NCBI GenBank assembly: GCA_965369125.1 | Contig: CBDUPN010000001.1 | Span: 118,653-182,652, forward strand | Reading direction: 5' to 3' | Length of the DNA: 64,000 nt | DNA from: an uncultured Aureibaculum sp. | GTDB lineage: Bacteria; Bacteroidota; Bacteroidia; Flavobacteriales; Flavobacteriaceae | Part shown: one piece after another, positions 53,051 through 63,021 of the stretch | Layout: each line of letters begins with the position of its first letter | Numbering within the stretch: the stretch's first letter is position 1 | Position numbers and translations under genes: made by a program | Notes under the pieces: model-generated | What the model saw: the letters and a program-made list of their open reading frames with translations, nothing else | What the model was told of the DNA's origin: nothing | Database searches by the model: none

Positions 53051-54367
53051 TTAATCTCCTCTCATTAAAACTAATTGTTTACATATATCTATGTAGAGTT
53101 TTTTCCAGCGTCGCCATCTGCCTCTATTGCTTAATGTTTCGTTATGAAAAAGCATTATAAAGGTCCCTTCTACTTTTTTAACTTCCTTGGCTAAATTAAT
53201 AATGATCTCGTAGGAAGGTTTAATCGAAAGATTCAAGTAATCACGCAATGTTCCATCCATCACAGCAAATGGAAATACCCTTAATGGGGTTTGAATTTCA
53301 TAATCTAGATCATAGAAATAGAAAGGTGTACAGGTACTCGCTCTAAATCCATAATGTTTTGCATAACCCATGGTATAATCTTCTTTAATTTCTAAATTAA
53401 TCAAGTTATGATACGTATCCGGCATATCTAATCTCAAATAATGTTGTCTGGATTTTTCTGCAGGCCGGTTTAGAATACTTTCAAACCTTTGTTTTTCCTT
53501 TTTTAATATCATTTCATTCTTCATAGTAAAATAAGATGGGTGCAAGCCAACATCGGCATAATCTGAAATTGATTTGATCAACGATCGATATCTTGCATTT
53601 CCAGATGAAATGTTTTTATCGTAGGTTGTATAATCGCCCAACAAAAAGAAAAAAATGGTTTTAATATTATATTGCTTTTGGAAACCAAGTAAATCGCCAA
53701 ATGTATCAAAAGGGTCTTTTCGAAAGCCTAGAATTACCATGGTGCGATACCATATATCGAACATTCTAAATTTAGCTAAGTCTCGAAAATATCCTCCTAT
53801 GGTCCTTACCACACCCTTAAGTTTGTAACTGTATGCTATATCTACGTCAATAGTTGAGATACATTCAAACTTTCTATCACTAAATTGATATTCAGGAAAT
53901 TTTTCTTTTAATAAATTTCTAAATTTAAATGCCCAAATATCGATTAGAGGTTTATCCAGGAAATTATTATGATAGGCTAGGCTTTCCTCCGCAGGGTAAC
54001 GATCGTATTCGTCTTTAACATGAGGTAAATATTCTTCATATCTGCTCAACAGATAAAAACTTGCTGCAAATACATCGAATGAAAGGTTAGCGGCCTGTCG
54101 CGATTGAAAAAAACAATCTATATCATCCCATTTACCCATAACTATCTCTACATCATTAATTCCCTGTTCAAACAATAGCTCGTGGCTCCTGATAAAAAAT
54201 TCGTTACCTAATGGTTGTTTTGTATATGATAATTTTAAATCATTATAGGCCACAAACTCCTCTACTTTTAAAGTAAATTTTACCGGAATGCCCAATATCC
54301 TTGTAAAAAATTGTTTAAATATATAAGTTAATCTCGGAGTTATCTTATGGGTGTAAACTAAAAGCAT
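53051..54367 (-). CDS. Polysaccharide deacetylase-family protein (DUF7033-type N-domain)
   Basis: STIDVDIAY, VGLHPSY, SRQHYLR, GFRASTC, LFHNE NodB-like motifs. Confidence 0.75.
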   Translation of the reverse strand: MLLVYTHKITPRLTYIFKQFFTRILGIPVKFTLKVEEFVAYNDLKLSYTKQPLGNEFFIRSHELLFEQGINDVEIVMGKWDDIDCFFQSRQAANLSFDVFAASFYLLSRYEEYLPHVKDEYDRYPAEESLAYHNNFLDKPLIDIWAFKFRNLLKEKFPEYQFSDRKFECISTIDVDIAYSYKLKGVVRTIGGYFRDLAKFRMFDIWYRTMVILGFRKDPFDTFGDLLGFQKQYNIKTIFFFLLGDYTTYDKNISSGNARYRSLIKSISDYADVGLHPSYFTMKNEMILKKEKQRFESILNRPAEKSRQHYLRLDMPDTYHNLINLEIKEDYTMGYAKHYGFRASTCTPFYFYDLDYEIQTPLRVFPFAVMDGTLRDYLNLSIKPSYEIIINLAKEVKKVEGTFIMLFHNETLSNRGRWRRWKKLYIDICKQLVLMRGD

Positions 54368-55065
54368 TATATCAAATTACTATCGGCAAAGCTAAAGTAC
54401 GCTTTTTCGGTAATTATTAAATGATCGAGAATTTTAATATCCAGGGTTTTCCCTGCTTCAATTATTTTTTGGGTCAAATCTTTATCAGAATGACTCGGTT
54501 TTAAATTTCCCGATGGATGATTATGACATAATATAATTCCAACTGCCGATAGCTCTAAGGCTTTTTTGAATAGTAATCTAATATCTACCAATGTGCCCGT
54601 AATGCCACCACTGCTCAATTGATTTTTATAGATAATTTTGTTTGAATTATTAAGATATAATATCCAAAATTCTTCATGATTTAACTCCCCGATAATAGGC
54701 TGCATTATATCAAATGCTGCCTGACTACTGGTTATTTTTGGCCTTTCAAGTGCTTCTTCAAGGCGTCTTCTTCGGCCAAGTTCGAGGGCAGTGATTATTG
54801 ATATCGCTTTTGCTTCCCCTATCCCTTTGAATTGGGTTAAATCATTTACAGATAATCTGCCTATTTCGTTTAAATTATTCTGATTAGTTATTAAAATTCT
54901 CTTTGCCAGATCAAGGGCACTTTCCTGTCTGTTTCCCGAACCTATTAATATGGCTATTAATTCAGCATCCGAAAGGGTGCTTTTTCCTTTAAGTAATAAC
55001 TTTTCGCGTGGCCTGTCGTCTTCCTTCCAATTTTTTATGGAAGTTGATGTCCGCTCTTTACTCAT
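54367..55065 (-). CDS. radC: RadC-family JAB-domain protein
   Basis: DDRPREKL, GIGEAKA, HNHPSG..PS..D, LDHLII. Confidence 0.93.
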   Translation of the reverse strand: MSKERTSTSIKNWKEDDRPREKLLLKGKSTLSDAELIAILIGSGNRQESALDLAKRILITNQNNLNEIGRLSVNDLTQFKGIGEAKAISIITALELGRRRRLEEALERPKITSSQAAFDIMQPIIGELNHEEFWILYLNNSNKIIYKNQLSSGGITGTLVDIRLLFKKALELSAVGIILCHNHPSGNLKPSHSDKDLTQKIIEAGKTLDIKILDHLIITEKAYFSFADSNLI

Positions 55066-55134
55066 TAATTAAAATTTGTTTAAAGATATAAAAGAAAAAA
55101 TAATACTTTTGTTAGTGCTTTCAAACAAAATTAA

Positions 55135-56484
55135 ATGAGAATAGTTATTGCCGGTGCCGGTGAAGTTGGATTTCATTTAGCTAAGTTACTTTCTTACGAA
55201 TCTCACGATATCACACTAATTGATGAAAAAAAAGACAGATTAACTTATGCGGATACAAGACTCGATATTAAAGTTTTAAAAGGTAATGCCACATCTATTG
55301 CAATACTGAAAGAAGCTAATATTGCCGCAACCGATCTCGTGATAGCCGTTACTTCTGACGAAACCGTAAATATTACCATTTGTGTAATTGCCAAAAGACT
55401 CGGTGCCAGCCAAACCATTGCGAGAATTAATAATTCTGAATTTATAGATAATAAAGATGAAATAAATTTTGCAGAATTTGGGATCGATGAACTGATATCT
55501 ACCGAAGAACTCGCTTCCATTGAAATAAAAATGTTATTAGATCAGGCCGCATTTAACCATATGCATGAGTTTGATGATGGTGAATTAAGTATGTTAGGTA
55601 TCATTTTATCTAAATCTGCTCCTTTCGTTGGCATGACCGTTAAAGAAGCCGCAGCTACTTTTCCTGAGATCCATTTTATGCCAATTGCCATTCAAAATGA
55701 AAATTCTGATGAAGTTATAATTCCACGTGGAGATACTATTTTCAAAAGAGGAGACCTTGCCTATTTTATTACCCTAAAGGAAGGCGTAAATGAATTATAT
55801 AAACTCACGGGTAAAACAAAAAAAAAGGTTCACAATGTGATGATATTGGGAGGTAGCTCCATAGGAAAAAGAACTGCTAAAGATCTTTGCGACAGAAAGT
55901 TAAATGTAAAAATAATTGAAAAAAATAAATCAAAAGCACTTGAGTTAGCAGATGAATTACCGTATGCATTAGTTGTTCATGGTGATGGAAGGGATGTAGA
56001 ATTGTTATTAGAAGAAAATATACGTGAAATGGATGTTTTTATAGCGGCAACAGAAAGTCCGGAAACAAATATCATGACCTGCCTGGTCGCTAAGTCTAAA
56101 AATGTAAAAAAAACAATAGCCTTAGCAGAAAACGTAGATTATTCCAAACTTTCACATTCAATCGGAATAGATACCATCATCAACAAAAAATTGCTTGCGG
56201 CAAATAGTATTTTTAAATTTGTTAGAAAAGGTGATGTCCTCGAAATTGCGACACTAAACAACCTGAATGCTGAAATTTTAGAATTCCATGTAAGAGAAAA
56301 CTCTAAAATAACCAAAAAGCCTATCAAAGAATTGAACTTCCCACGAGATGCCACTATTGGTGGCGTAATTAGAGATGAGAAAGGGTTCATCGCTCTTGGG
56401 GGATTCCGCATTCAACCCGGGGATAAAGTAGTCGTAAGCTGTTTAGCAGATGCCGTTAAAAGAGTTGAGAAGTTTTTCGACTAG
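55135..56484 (+). CDS. trkA: Trk potassium uptake NAD-binding subunit
   Basis: GAGEVG and GGSSIG Rossmann motifs, two RCK pairs; TACTTTTG -7 element at 55104-55111. Confidence 0.93.
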   Translation: MRIVIAGAGEVGFHLAKLLSYESHDITLIDEKKDRLTYADTRLDIKVLKGNATSIAILKEANIAATDLVIAVTSDETVNITICVIAKRLGASQTIARINNSEFIDNKDEINFAEFGIDELISTEELASIEIKMLLDQAAFNHMHEFDDGELSMLGIILSKSAPFVGMTVKEAAATFPEIHFMPIAIQNENSDEVIIPRGDTIFKRGDLAYFITLKEGVNELYKLTGKTKKKVHNVMILGGSSIGKRTAKDLCDRKLNVKIIEKNKSKALELADELPYALVVHGDGRDVELLLEENIREMDVFIAATESPETNIMTCLVAKSKNVKKTIALAENVDYSKLSHSIGIDTIINKKLLAANSIFKFVRKGDVLEIATLNNLNAEILEFHVRENSKITKKPIKELNFPRDATIGGVIRDEKGFIALGGFRIQPGDKVVVSCLADAVKRVEKFFD

Positions 56485-56507
56485 TTCTATTATAAATTTT
56501 TCTATTA

Positions 56508-58025
56508 ATGAGAAAATTAAATATTAAAATCATTTTTCAAATGATGGGTTTTTTACTCATTTTTAATGGTTTTTTTATGTTCATTTCTGGAATAATTAGC
56601 CTGAATTATAATGATGGTGCAGCGCGAGGAATTTTTCTTTCCGGTTTACTCACGATAATAACCGGAGTAATTTTTAGATTCGTTACGAAGGGCTTTAAAA
56701 AAGAAATAAAAAAACGGGAAGGATATATAGTGGTTACCCTAGGTTGGGTTTTGATGTCATTATCAGGATCATTACCCTATTTATTAACAGGATCGATTCC
56801 TTCCTTTACCAACGCCTTTTTTGAAACTATATCCGGTTATACAACCACGGGCGCCTCTATTTTAGACAATATAGAAATTATGCCCCAAGGCATTTTATTT
56901 TGGCGCAGTACAACGCATTGGATTGGCGGAATGGGTATTATTGTTTTGACCATTGCAGTCTTACCATTATTAGGAATTGGTGGTATGCAACTTTTTGCGG
57001 CAGAAGCACCGGGACCCTCGGCCGATAAGTTACATCCAAGAATTACAGATACTGCGAAAAGATTGTGGTATATCTATTTGGGTTTGACCGTTGCTGAAGC
57101 CCTATTTTTAAATCTTGCTGGCATGAGTGTATTTGATGCTGCTAATCACGCTATGAGTACCCTGTCGACAGGCGGATTCTCAACCAAAAATGCAAGCATA
57201 GCATATTGGAATGACCGACCTTTGATTCAGTATATCATTATTATTTTTATGTTTTTAGCAGGAACGAACTTCGTGTTGAGTTATTTCGCATTTAAAGGTA
57301 AAATTAAAAAAGTTTTACACGACGAAGAGTTTAAGGTCTACTTCTTTAATATAGTAGGCATTGCCTTAATCGTTGCCCTGATTATTTATTTTAAGGCTAA
57401 TGTTTCCCAAATACCCACCGAAACGCAACTAATAGCACATCCAATGGTATATGGTGAATTCGAAAGTTCTCTTAGACATGCCTTATTTCAAGTAGCTTCT
57501 ATTATTACCACAACCGGGTTTGTTACGGCCGATTTTACAATATGGACGCCCTTATTGACCATACTGTTTTTTATCTTGATGTTTTTTGGGGCATCGGCAG
57601 GTTCTACGGCAGGAGGTGTAAAAATCGTTCGACATATCATTATGATTAGAAATGGAATTTTAGAATTTAAACGAACAATTCATCCAAATGCCATCATTCC
57701 CGTAAGGTATAATAATAAAACTGTGGCTCAAGATATTGTGTTTAATATCATGGCATTTTTCATTCTTTATTTAATAGTTTTCGCACTAGGCGCATTGGTA
57801 TTTGGTTTACTAGGATTAGATTTTGTAACTTCACTCGGCGGATCGGCTTCTTCATTAGGAAACGTCGGACCTGCATTTGGCAAGTTAAGCCCGGTAAACA
57901 ATTTTAATAGTTTACCAATGTTGGGTAAATGGTGGTCGGCATTTTTGATGTTATTGGGTAGACTAGAGTTATTTACTGTTTTGATATTATTTACACCTTA
58001 CTTTTGGAAATCTCATAAATTTTGA
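56508..58025 (+). CDS. trkH: Trk potassium uptake membrane subunit
   Basis: FETISGYTTTGAS, WIGGMG, STGGFS, TTTGF, GSTAGG, LGNVGP, GRLE. Confidence 0.93.
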   Translation: MRKLNIKIIFQMMGFLLIFNGFFMFISGIISLNYNDGAARGIFLSGLLTIITGVIFRFVTKGFKKEIKKREGYIVVTLGWVLMSLSGSLPYLLTGSIPSFTNAFFETISGYTTTGASILDNIEIMPQGILFWRSTTHWIGGMGIIVLTIAVLPLLGIGGMQLFAAEAPGPSADKLHPRITDTAKRLWYIYLGLTVAEALFLNLAGMSVFDAANHAMSTLSTGGFSTKNASIAYWNDRPLIQYIIIIFMFLAGTNFVLSYFAFKGKIKKVLHDEEFKVYFFNIVGIALIVALIIYFKANVSQIPTETQLIAHPMVYGEFESSLRHALFQVASIITTTGFVTADFTIWTPLLTILFFILMFFGASAGSTAGGVKIVRHIIMIRNGILEFKRTIHPNAIIPVRYNNKTVAQDIVFNIMAFFILYLIVFALGALVFGLLGLDFVTSLGGSASSLGNVGPAFGKLSPVNNFNSLPMLGKWWSAFLMLLGRLELFTVLILFTPYFWKSHKF

Positions 58026-58813
58026 AAATTAAAGATCAATTACATAGAGAAATCATCTTGGAAAAAATCCCTCTGCGGATTATTTCACTGGTTCCCTCAC
58101 ATACCGAATCATTATTTGATCTTGGATTAGGAGACAACATAGTTGGCATTACTAAATTTTGTGTGCATCCAAAACACCTCAGTTCAGAAAAAACGATTGT
58201 TGGTGGTACTAAAAAAGTAAATTACAAGAAAATTAAAGATTTACAAGCAGATCTTATCATTGCCAATAAAGAAGAAAATACTGAAAACATGGTGTATGAA
58301 CTCGAAGATATAGCACCTACTTATGTTTCTAACGTATATTCTATTGGTGATACATTGAAGTTTATTCTAGATATGGGTAAGCTATGTGATAAATTAGAAA
58401 ATGCTAAAAAATTAGTTGAAGAAATTGAAAATTCTGTAAAAAAATTTAAAAATAATATAGAGGAATACCCATCCAGAAAAGTCGTTTATTTTGTTTGGAC
58501 AAAACCATGGATGGTTGTAGGTGGAAATAATTATATCAACGAAATACTTGAGTTAAATAAGTTCGAAAATATATTCGATAGTGCCGACAGGTATCCGGAA
58601 ATATATGTCGAATATTTATCCGACCTAAATCCTGAACTCATTTTACTACCTTCAGAGCCGTTTCCTTTTAAAAAGTCGCATATTAAAGAATTAAAAGAAC
58701 ACATAGACGCGAAGTTTCTTCTCGTAGACGGCGAGATGTTTAGCTGGCATGGATCTCGATTATTAAAAGCCCTCCCATACTTTGAATCTTTACATAAGAT
58801 ACTCAATAATTAA
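58022..58813 (+). CDS. Helical-backbone metal receptor / BtuF-like (cobalamin or iron-siderophore binding) protein without signal peptide
   Basis: RIISLVPSHTE, GITKFCVHP, GGTK, NKEEN, SEPFPF, DGEMFSWHG. Confidence 0.75.
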   Translation: MKIKDQLHREIILEKIPLRIISLVPSHTESLFDLGLGDNIVGITKFCVHPKHLSSEKTIVGGTKKVNYKKIKDLQADLIIANKEENTENMVYELEDIAPTYVSNVYSIGDTLKFILDMGKLCDKLENAKKLVEEIENSVKKFKNNIEEYPSRKVVYFVWTKPWMVVGGNNYINEILELNKFENIFDSADRYPEIYVEYLSDLNPELILLPSEPFPFKKSHIKELKEHIDAKFLLVDGEMFSWHGSRLLKALPYFESLHKILNN

Positions 58814-58958
58814 TTACTATTAAGACATTGATTCAAAGAACCTGCTATGTTGATAAACTTAAAATATCATCCTAAAGGACTGTTAAATAAATATTTAGTA
58901 AATTAGCAATTAAGACCGATACAGGTACCTTTTCAACCCCTAGAACCTCTATCTTGCT

Positions 58959-59285
58959 ATGATATTAATATCAAAATTTTTAATACCTAAAAATTATAAT
59001 GGATTGGCCATTTATCCATTTATTTTTATTAAAAACAAGTCATTGTCGAGTAATTCGGTATTGATCAACCATGAACGCATTCATTTAAGACAGCAATTAG
59101 AACTGCTATGGGTTTTCTTTTTTTTATGGTATATTATTGAGTTCTTGGTTCGGTTAATGGTTCTACGAAATTGGAATAAAGCATACCATGCCATTAGTTT
59201 TGAAAGGGAGGCATATCAAAATGAAAGCAATTCTTCATACTTGAACGACCGTAAATTCTGGACCTTTTTAAAATACTTCAATTAA
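58959..59285 (+). CDS. Small hypothetical membrane protein with HExxH motif
   Basis: INHERIHLRQQ followed by a hydrophobic segment and ISFEREAY. Confidence 0.65.
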   Translation: MILISKFLIPKNYNGLAIYPFIFIKNKSLSSNSVLINHERIHLRQQLELLWVFFFLWYIIEFLVRLMVLRNWNKAYHAISFEREAYQNESNSSYLNDRKFWTFLKYFN

Positions 59286-59336
59286 ATTAAATCGATTTAT
59301 AATTGTAAATTGCATCTATAATTTCTTAGAGATAAA

Positions 59337-62300
59337 ATGGAGCAAATTCAGGCCTATATTCCCAAAAATAAAATTAGAATTGTAACTGCAGCCTCACTCT
59401 TCGATGGCCATGATGCGGCTATTAATATCATGAGGCGTATCATACAGGCTACCGGAGTTGAAGTGATTCATTTAGGGCACGACAGAAGCGTAGAAGAAGT
59501 TGTAAATACTGCTATTCAAGAAGATGCCAATGCCATTGCCATGACATCCTATCAAGGTGGACATAACGAATATTTTAAATATATGTTTGATTTGTTGAAT
59601 GAAAAAGGAGCTTCACAAATTAAAATATTTGGCGGTGGTGGCGGTGTAATTTTACCTGAAGAAATAAAAGCCTTAGAAAAGTATGGTATTACGAAGATCT
59701 ATTCACCTGATGATGGTAGGAAAATGGGTCTACAGGGAATGATTAATGATATGATCAAACAATGTGATTTTCCTACGGGAAATCAAATAATATCATCCAT
59801 TGCTGATCTGCCAAAAAAACATAATGCCGACCTTGCCAACTTAATTTCAGCAGCAGAAAACTTTCCAGATAAGCATAAAGAACTCTTAGAATCCATAAAA
59901 AAATCTGCATCGAAAAGTAAAATTCCGGTATTGGGAATTACAGGTACTGGAGGTTCTGGGAAATCATCACTTGTCGATGAATTGGTTCGAAGGTATTTGG
60001 TTGATTTTAAAAATAAAACCATAGCGATCGTTTCTGTAGATCCATCTAAAAGAAAAACTGGTGGTGCATTACTGGGTGATAGAATTCGGATGAATGCCAT
60101 CAAGAACAATAGAGTTTATATGCGCTCTCTAGCTACAAGGCAATCAAATTTAGCATTATCAAAACATGTAAGTTCTGCTATTAATATTTTGAAAGTCGCG
60201 CAGTTTGATCTTATTATCTTAGAGACATCCGGTATCGGTCAGTCAGATACAGAAATATTAGATCACTCTGATGTTTCACTATATGTGATGACTCCTGAAT
60301 ATGGCGCCGCAACACAGCTGGAAAAAATAGATATGATCGATTTTGCCGATGTTATCGCCTTGAACAAATTTGATAAAAGAGGCGCTTTAGATGCATTGCG
60401 CGATGTTAAAAAACAATACCAGCGCAATCATAATTTATGGGAAACAAAGGTTGATGAGATGCCTGTATTCGGAACCATAGCATCTCAATTTAATGATCCC
60501 GGGGCAAATACCTTATACAGTGTTTTAATTAATAAGATCAATCAAAAGACAGGGGCAAATTTTAAAAGCAATTTTCAAATTACCAATGAATTATCTGAGA
60601 AACAATTTATTATTCCCCCTAATAGAACGCGTTATTTATCAGAAATAACCGAAGGTAACAGAGCCTATGACAAATGGTGTTTTGAACAAAAAACCATCGC
60701 CCAAACCTTATTTGGAATTTATAAAAGCATTGAATCTTTTTCAGGTTTTATTATAAAAGATATTAAGAATTTTGATGAGGAAATCGATAAAATTCTAGAT
60801 AAAACGAATAAGGATAAACAAGATATTATTAAAATTCTTAAAGCTGAGTTTGACAAGGTTAAAATGGATCTAAATCCCCATAATTGGGAGTTGATCATAC
60901 ATTGGGAAAACAAAAAGCAATCATATAAAGATGGGGTTTATTCGTTTAAGGTTCGTAATAAAGAGATCAGCATCGAGACCCATACCGAATCATTATCACA
61001 TTTAAAAATCCCTAAAATTTCCATGCCGAAATATGAAGCATGGGGTGATATTTTATTATGGAGTTTACAAGAAAATGTACCGGGAGAATTTCCGTTTTCC
61101 GCTGGAATTTATCCCTTTAAAAGAACAGGTGAAGATCCTGCACGGATGTTTGCTGGCGAAGGTGGACCAGAACGTACAAACCGGCGATTTCACTATGTGA
61201 GTTTAGGATTGGATGCGAAACGCCTTTCAACGGCATTCGACTCGGTTACGCTTTATGGAAATGATCCGCATAAAAGACCTGATATCTATGGAAAAATTGG
61301 TAATGCCGGTGTTTCTATATGTTGTTTAGATGATGCCAAAAAATTGTATTCAGGTTTTGAATTAACAAACCCTTTGACATCGGTATCCATGACAATTAAC
61401 GGTCCGGCCCCGATGCTCCTCGGCTTTTTTATGAATGCCGCGATAGATCAGGAATGTGAAAAATATATAAAAGAAAAAGGTCTTGTTAAGGAAGTTGAGA
61501 GAAAAATTGAGGAAATTTATAAGGATAAAGGTATTGCCCGCCCACTATACCAAGGTAATTTACCACAAGGGAATAATGGCCTGGGGTTAATGTTACTTGG
61601 TGTTACGGGCGACGAAGTCTTACCTGCTGACAAATATCAAAAGATAAAGACAGAAACAATTGCCAAGGTACGCGGTACCGTTCAAGCTGATATCTTAAAA
61701 GAAGACCAGGCACAAAATACATGTATCTTTTCCACCGAGTTCGCCTTAAGGTTAATGGGTGATGTTCAGGAATACTTTATCGAGCATAATGTGCGAAATT
61801 TCTATTCGGTTTCCATTTCCGGATATCATATTGCCGAAGCCGGTGCGAATCCTATTTCCCAATTAGCTTTCACCCTGGCTAACGGTTTTACCTACGTTGA
61901 ATATTATTTATCACGGGGCATGGATATAAATAAATTCGGGCCTAATTTATCATTTTTCTTTTCAAATGGTGTCGATCCGGAATATGCGGTGATAGGTCGC
62001 GTAGCCCGTAAGATCTGGGCCAAAGCAATGAAGTTAAAATATGGAGCCAATACCAGGGCTCAAATGCTAAAATATCATATCCAGACCTCAGGTCGATCAT
62101 TGCATGCACAAGAAATAGATTTTAATGATATTAGAACAACATTACAGGCCTTGTATGCCATTTATGATAATTGCAATTCCTTACATACCAACGCTTATGA
62201 TGAAGCCATTACAACCCCTACAGAAGAGTCTGTTAGGAGAGCCATGGCCATACAATTGATCATAAATAAAGAACTTGGGTTGGCAAAAAACGAGAACCCC

Positions 62301-62771
62301 ATTCAAGGCGCTTTTATCATCGAAGAATTGACCGATCTCGTAGAACAAGCGGTGTACGCTGAATTTGACAGGATCACAGAACGTGGCGGCGTTTTAGGAG
62401 CTATGGAAACCATGTATCAACGATCTAAAATACAGGAGGAAAGTTTATATTATGAAACATTGAAACACAACGGAGAGTTTCCAATTGTTGGAGTTAACAC
62501 CTTTTTAAGCAGTAAAGGTTCTCCAACCATTATACCTAAAGAAGTTATCCGCGCTACAGAAAAGGAAAAGAAATATCAGATTAAGGTTGTGGAAAATTTA
62601 AATAAAAGGAATGCCAACAAGGTAGCTGAACAAATTACACTTCTGCAGCAAAAGGCCATTCACAATGAAAATATTTTTGAACAATTGATGGAAGCAACTA
62701 AGGTATGTTCTTTAGGTCAAATTACACATGCACTCTTCGAAGTTGGCGGGCAGTATAGAAGGAACATGTAG
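59337..62771 (+). CDS. icmF: Fused B12-dependent isobutyryl-CoA mutase / MeaB-like GTPase (IcmF)
   Basis: N-terminal B12 domain DGHDAAIN, P-loop [13 protein letters not shown], mutase domain ARMFAGEG (Phe specificity residue), LHTNAYDEA. Confidence 0.88.
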   Translation: MEQIQAYIPKNKIRIVTAASLFDGHDAAINIMRRIIQATGVEVIHLGHDRSVEEVVNTAIQEDANAIAMTSYQGGHNEYFKYMFDLLNEKGASQIKIFGGGGGVILPEEIKALEKYGITKIYSPDDGRKMGLQGMINDMIKQCDFPTGNQIISSIADLPKKHNADLANLISAAENFPDKHKELLESIKKSASKSKIPVLGITGTGGSGKSSLVDELVRRYLVDFKNKTIAIVSVDPSKRKTGGALLGDRIRMNAIKNNRVYMRSLATRQSNLALSKHVSSAINILKVAQFDLIILETSGIGQSDTEILDHSDVSLYVMTPEYGAATQLEKIDMIDFADVIALNKFDKRGALDALRDVKKQYQRNHNLWETKVDEMPVFGTIASQFNDPGANTLYSVLINKINQKTGANFKSNFQITNELSEKQFIIPPNRTRYLSEITEGNRAYDKWCFEQKTIAQTLFGIYKSIESFSGFIIKDIKNFDEEIDKILDKTNKDKQDIIKILKAEFDKVKMDLNPHNWELIIHWENKKQSYKDGVYSFKVRNKEISIETHTESLSHLKIPKISMPKYEAWGDILLWSLQENVPGEFPFSAGIYPFKRTGEDPARMFAGEGGPERTNRRFHYVSLGLDAKRLSTAFDSVTLYGNDPHKRPDIYGKIGNAGVSICCLDDAKKLYSGFELTNPLTSVSMTINGPAPMLLGFFMNAAIDQECEKYIKEKGLVKEVERKIEEIYKDKGIARPLYQGNLPQGNNGLGLMLLGVTGDEVLPADKYQKIKTETIAKVRGTVQADILKEDQAQNTCIFSTEFALRLMGDVQEYFIEHNVRNFYSVSISGYHIAEAGANPISQLAFTLANGFTYVEYYLSRGMDINKFGPNLSFFFSNGVDPEYAVIGRVARKIWAKAMKLKYGANTRAQMLKYHIQTSGRSLHAQEIDFNDIRTTLQALYAIYDNCNSLHTNAYDEAITTPTEESVRRAMAIQLIINKELGLAKNENPIQGAFIIEELTDLVEQAVYAEFDRITERGGVLGAMETMYQRSKIQEESLYYETLKHNGEFPIVGVNTFLSSKGSPTIIPKEVIRATEKEKKYQIKVVENLNKRNANKVAEQITLLQQKAIHNENIFEQLMEATKVCSLGQITHALFEVGGQYRRNM

Positions 62772-63021
62772 ATATTTCTAGTTTTAGAACCTATAAAAAA
62801 TATGACGGCCTATGAATTCCTTCTATCTTAGTAATTTAAATCTTTAATGTGAGCTAAGAAGATTTTTATATTCTAAGCTAAATATATTGCGCTCTTCATT
62901 TTTTAATAATGCCTTAGATACAAATTTCGAATGGGCTAAATATTTATTAATTCAATTTTAAAATTGAAATTATCCGTTTTATTAAGAATTTTCCTATTTT
63001 AGAAGAAGTAATCCTATCGTT

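Noticed and set aside
54367-55065. radC as a marker of a mobile element or anti-restriction island
   Set aside because: Full-length chromosomal type with N-terminal HhH region in a housekeeping context (divergent from trkA); no integrase or mobile genes nearby
58814-59336. Cobalamin riboswitch upstream of icmF or near the BtuF-like gene
   Set aside because: No B12-box or conserved riboswitch core recognisable; spacers are short and AT-rich
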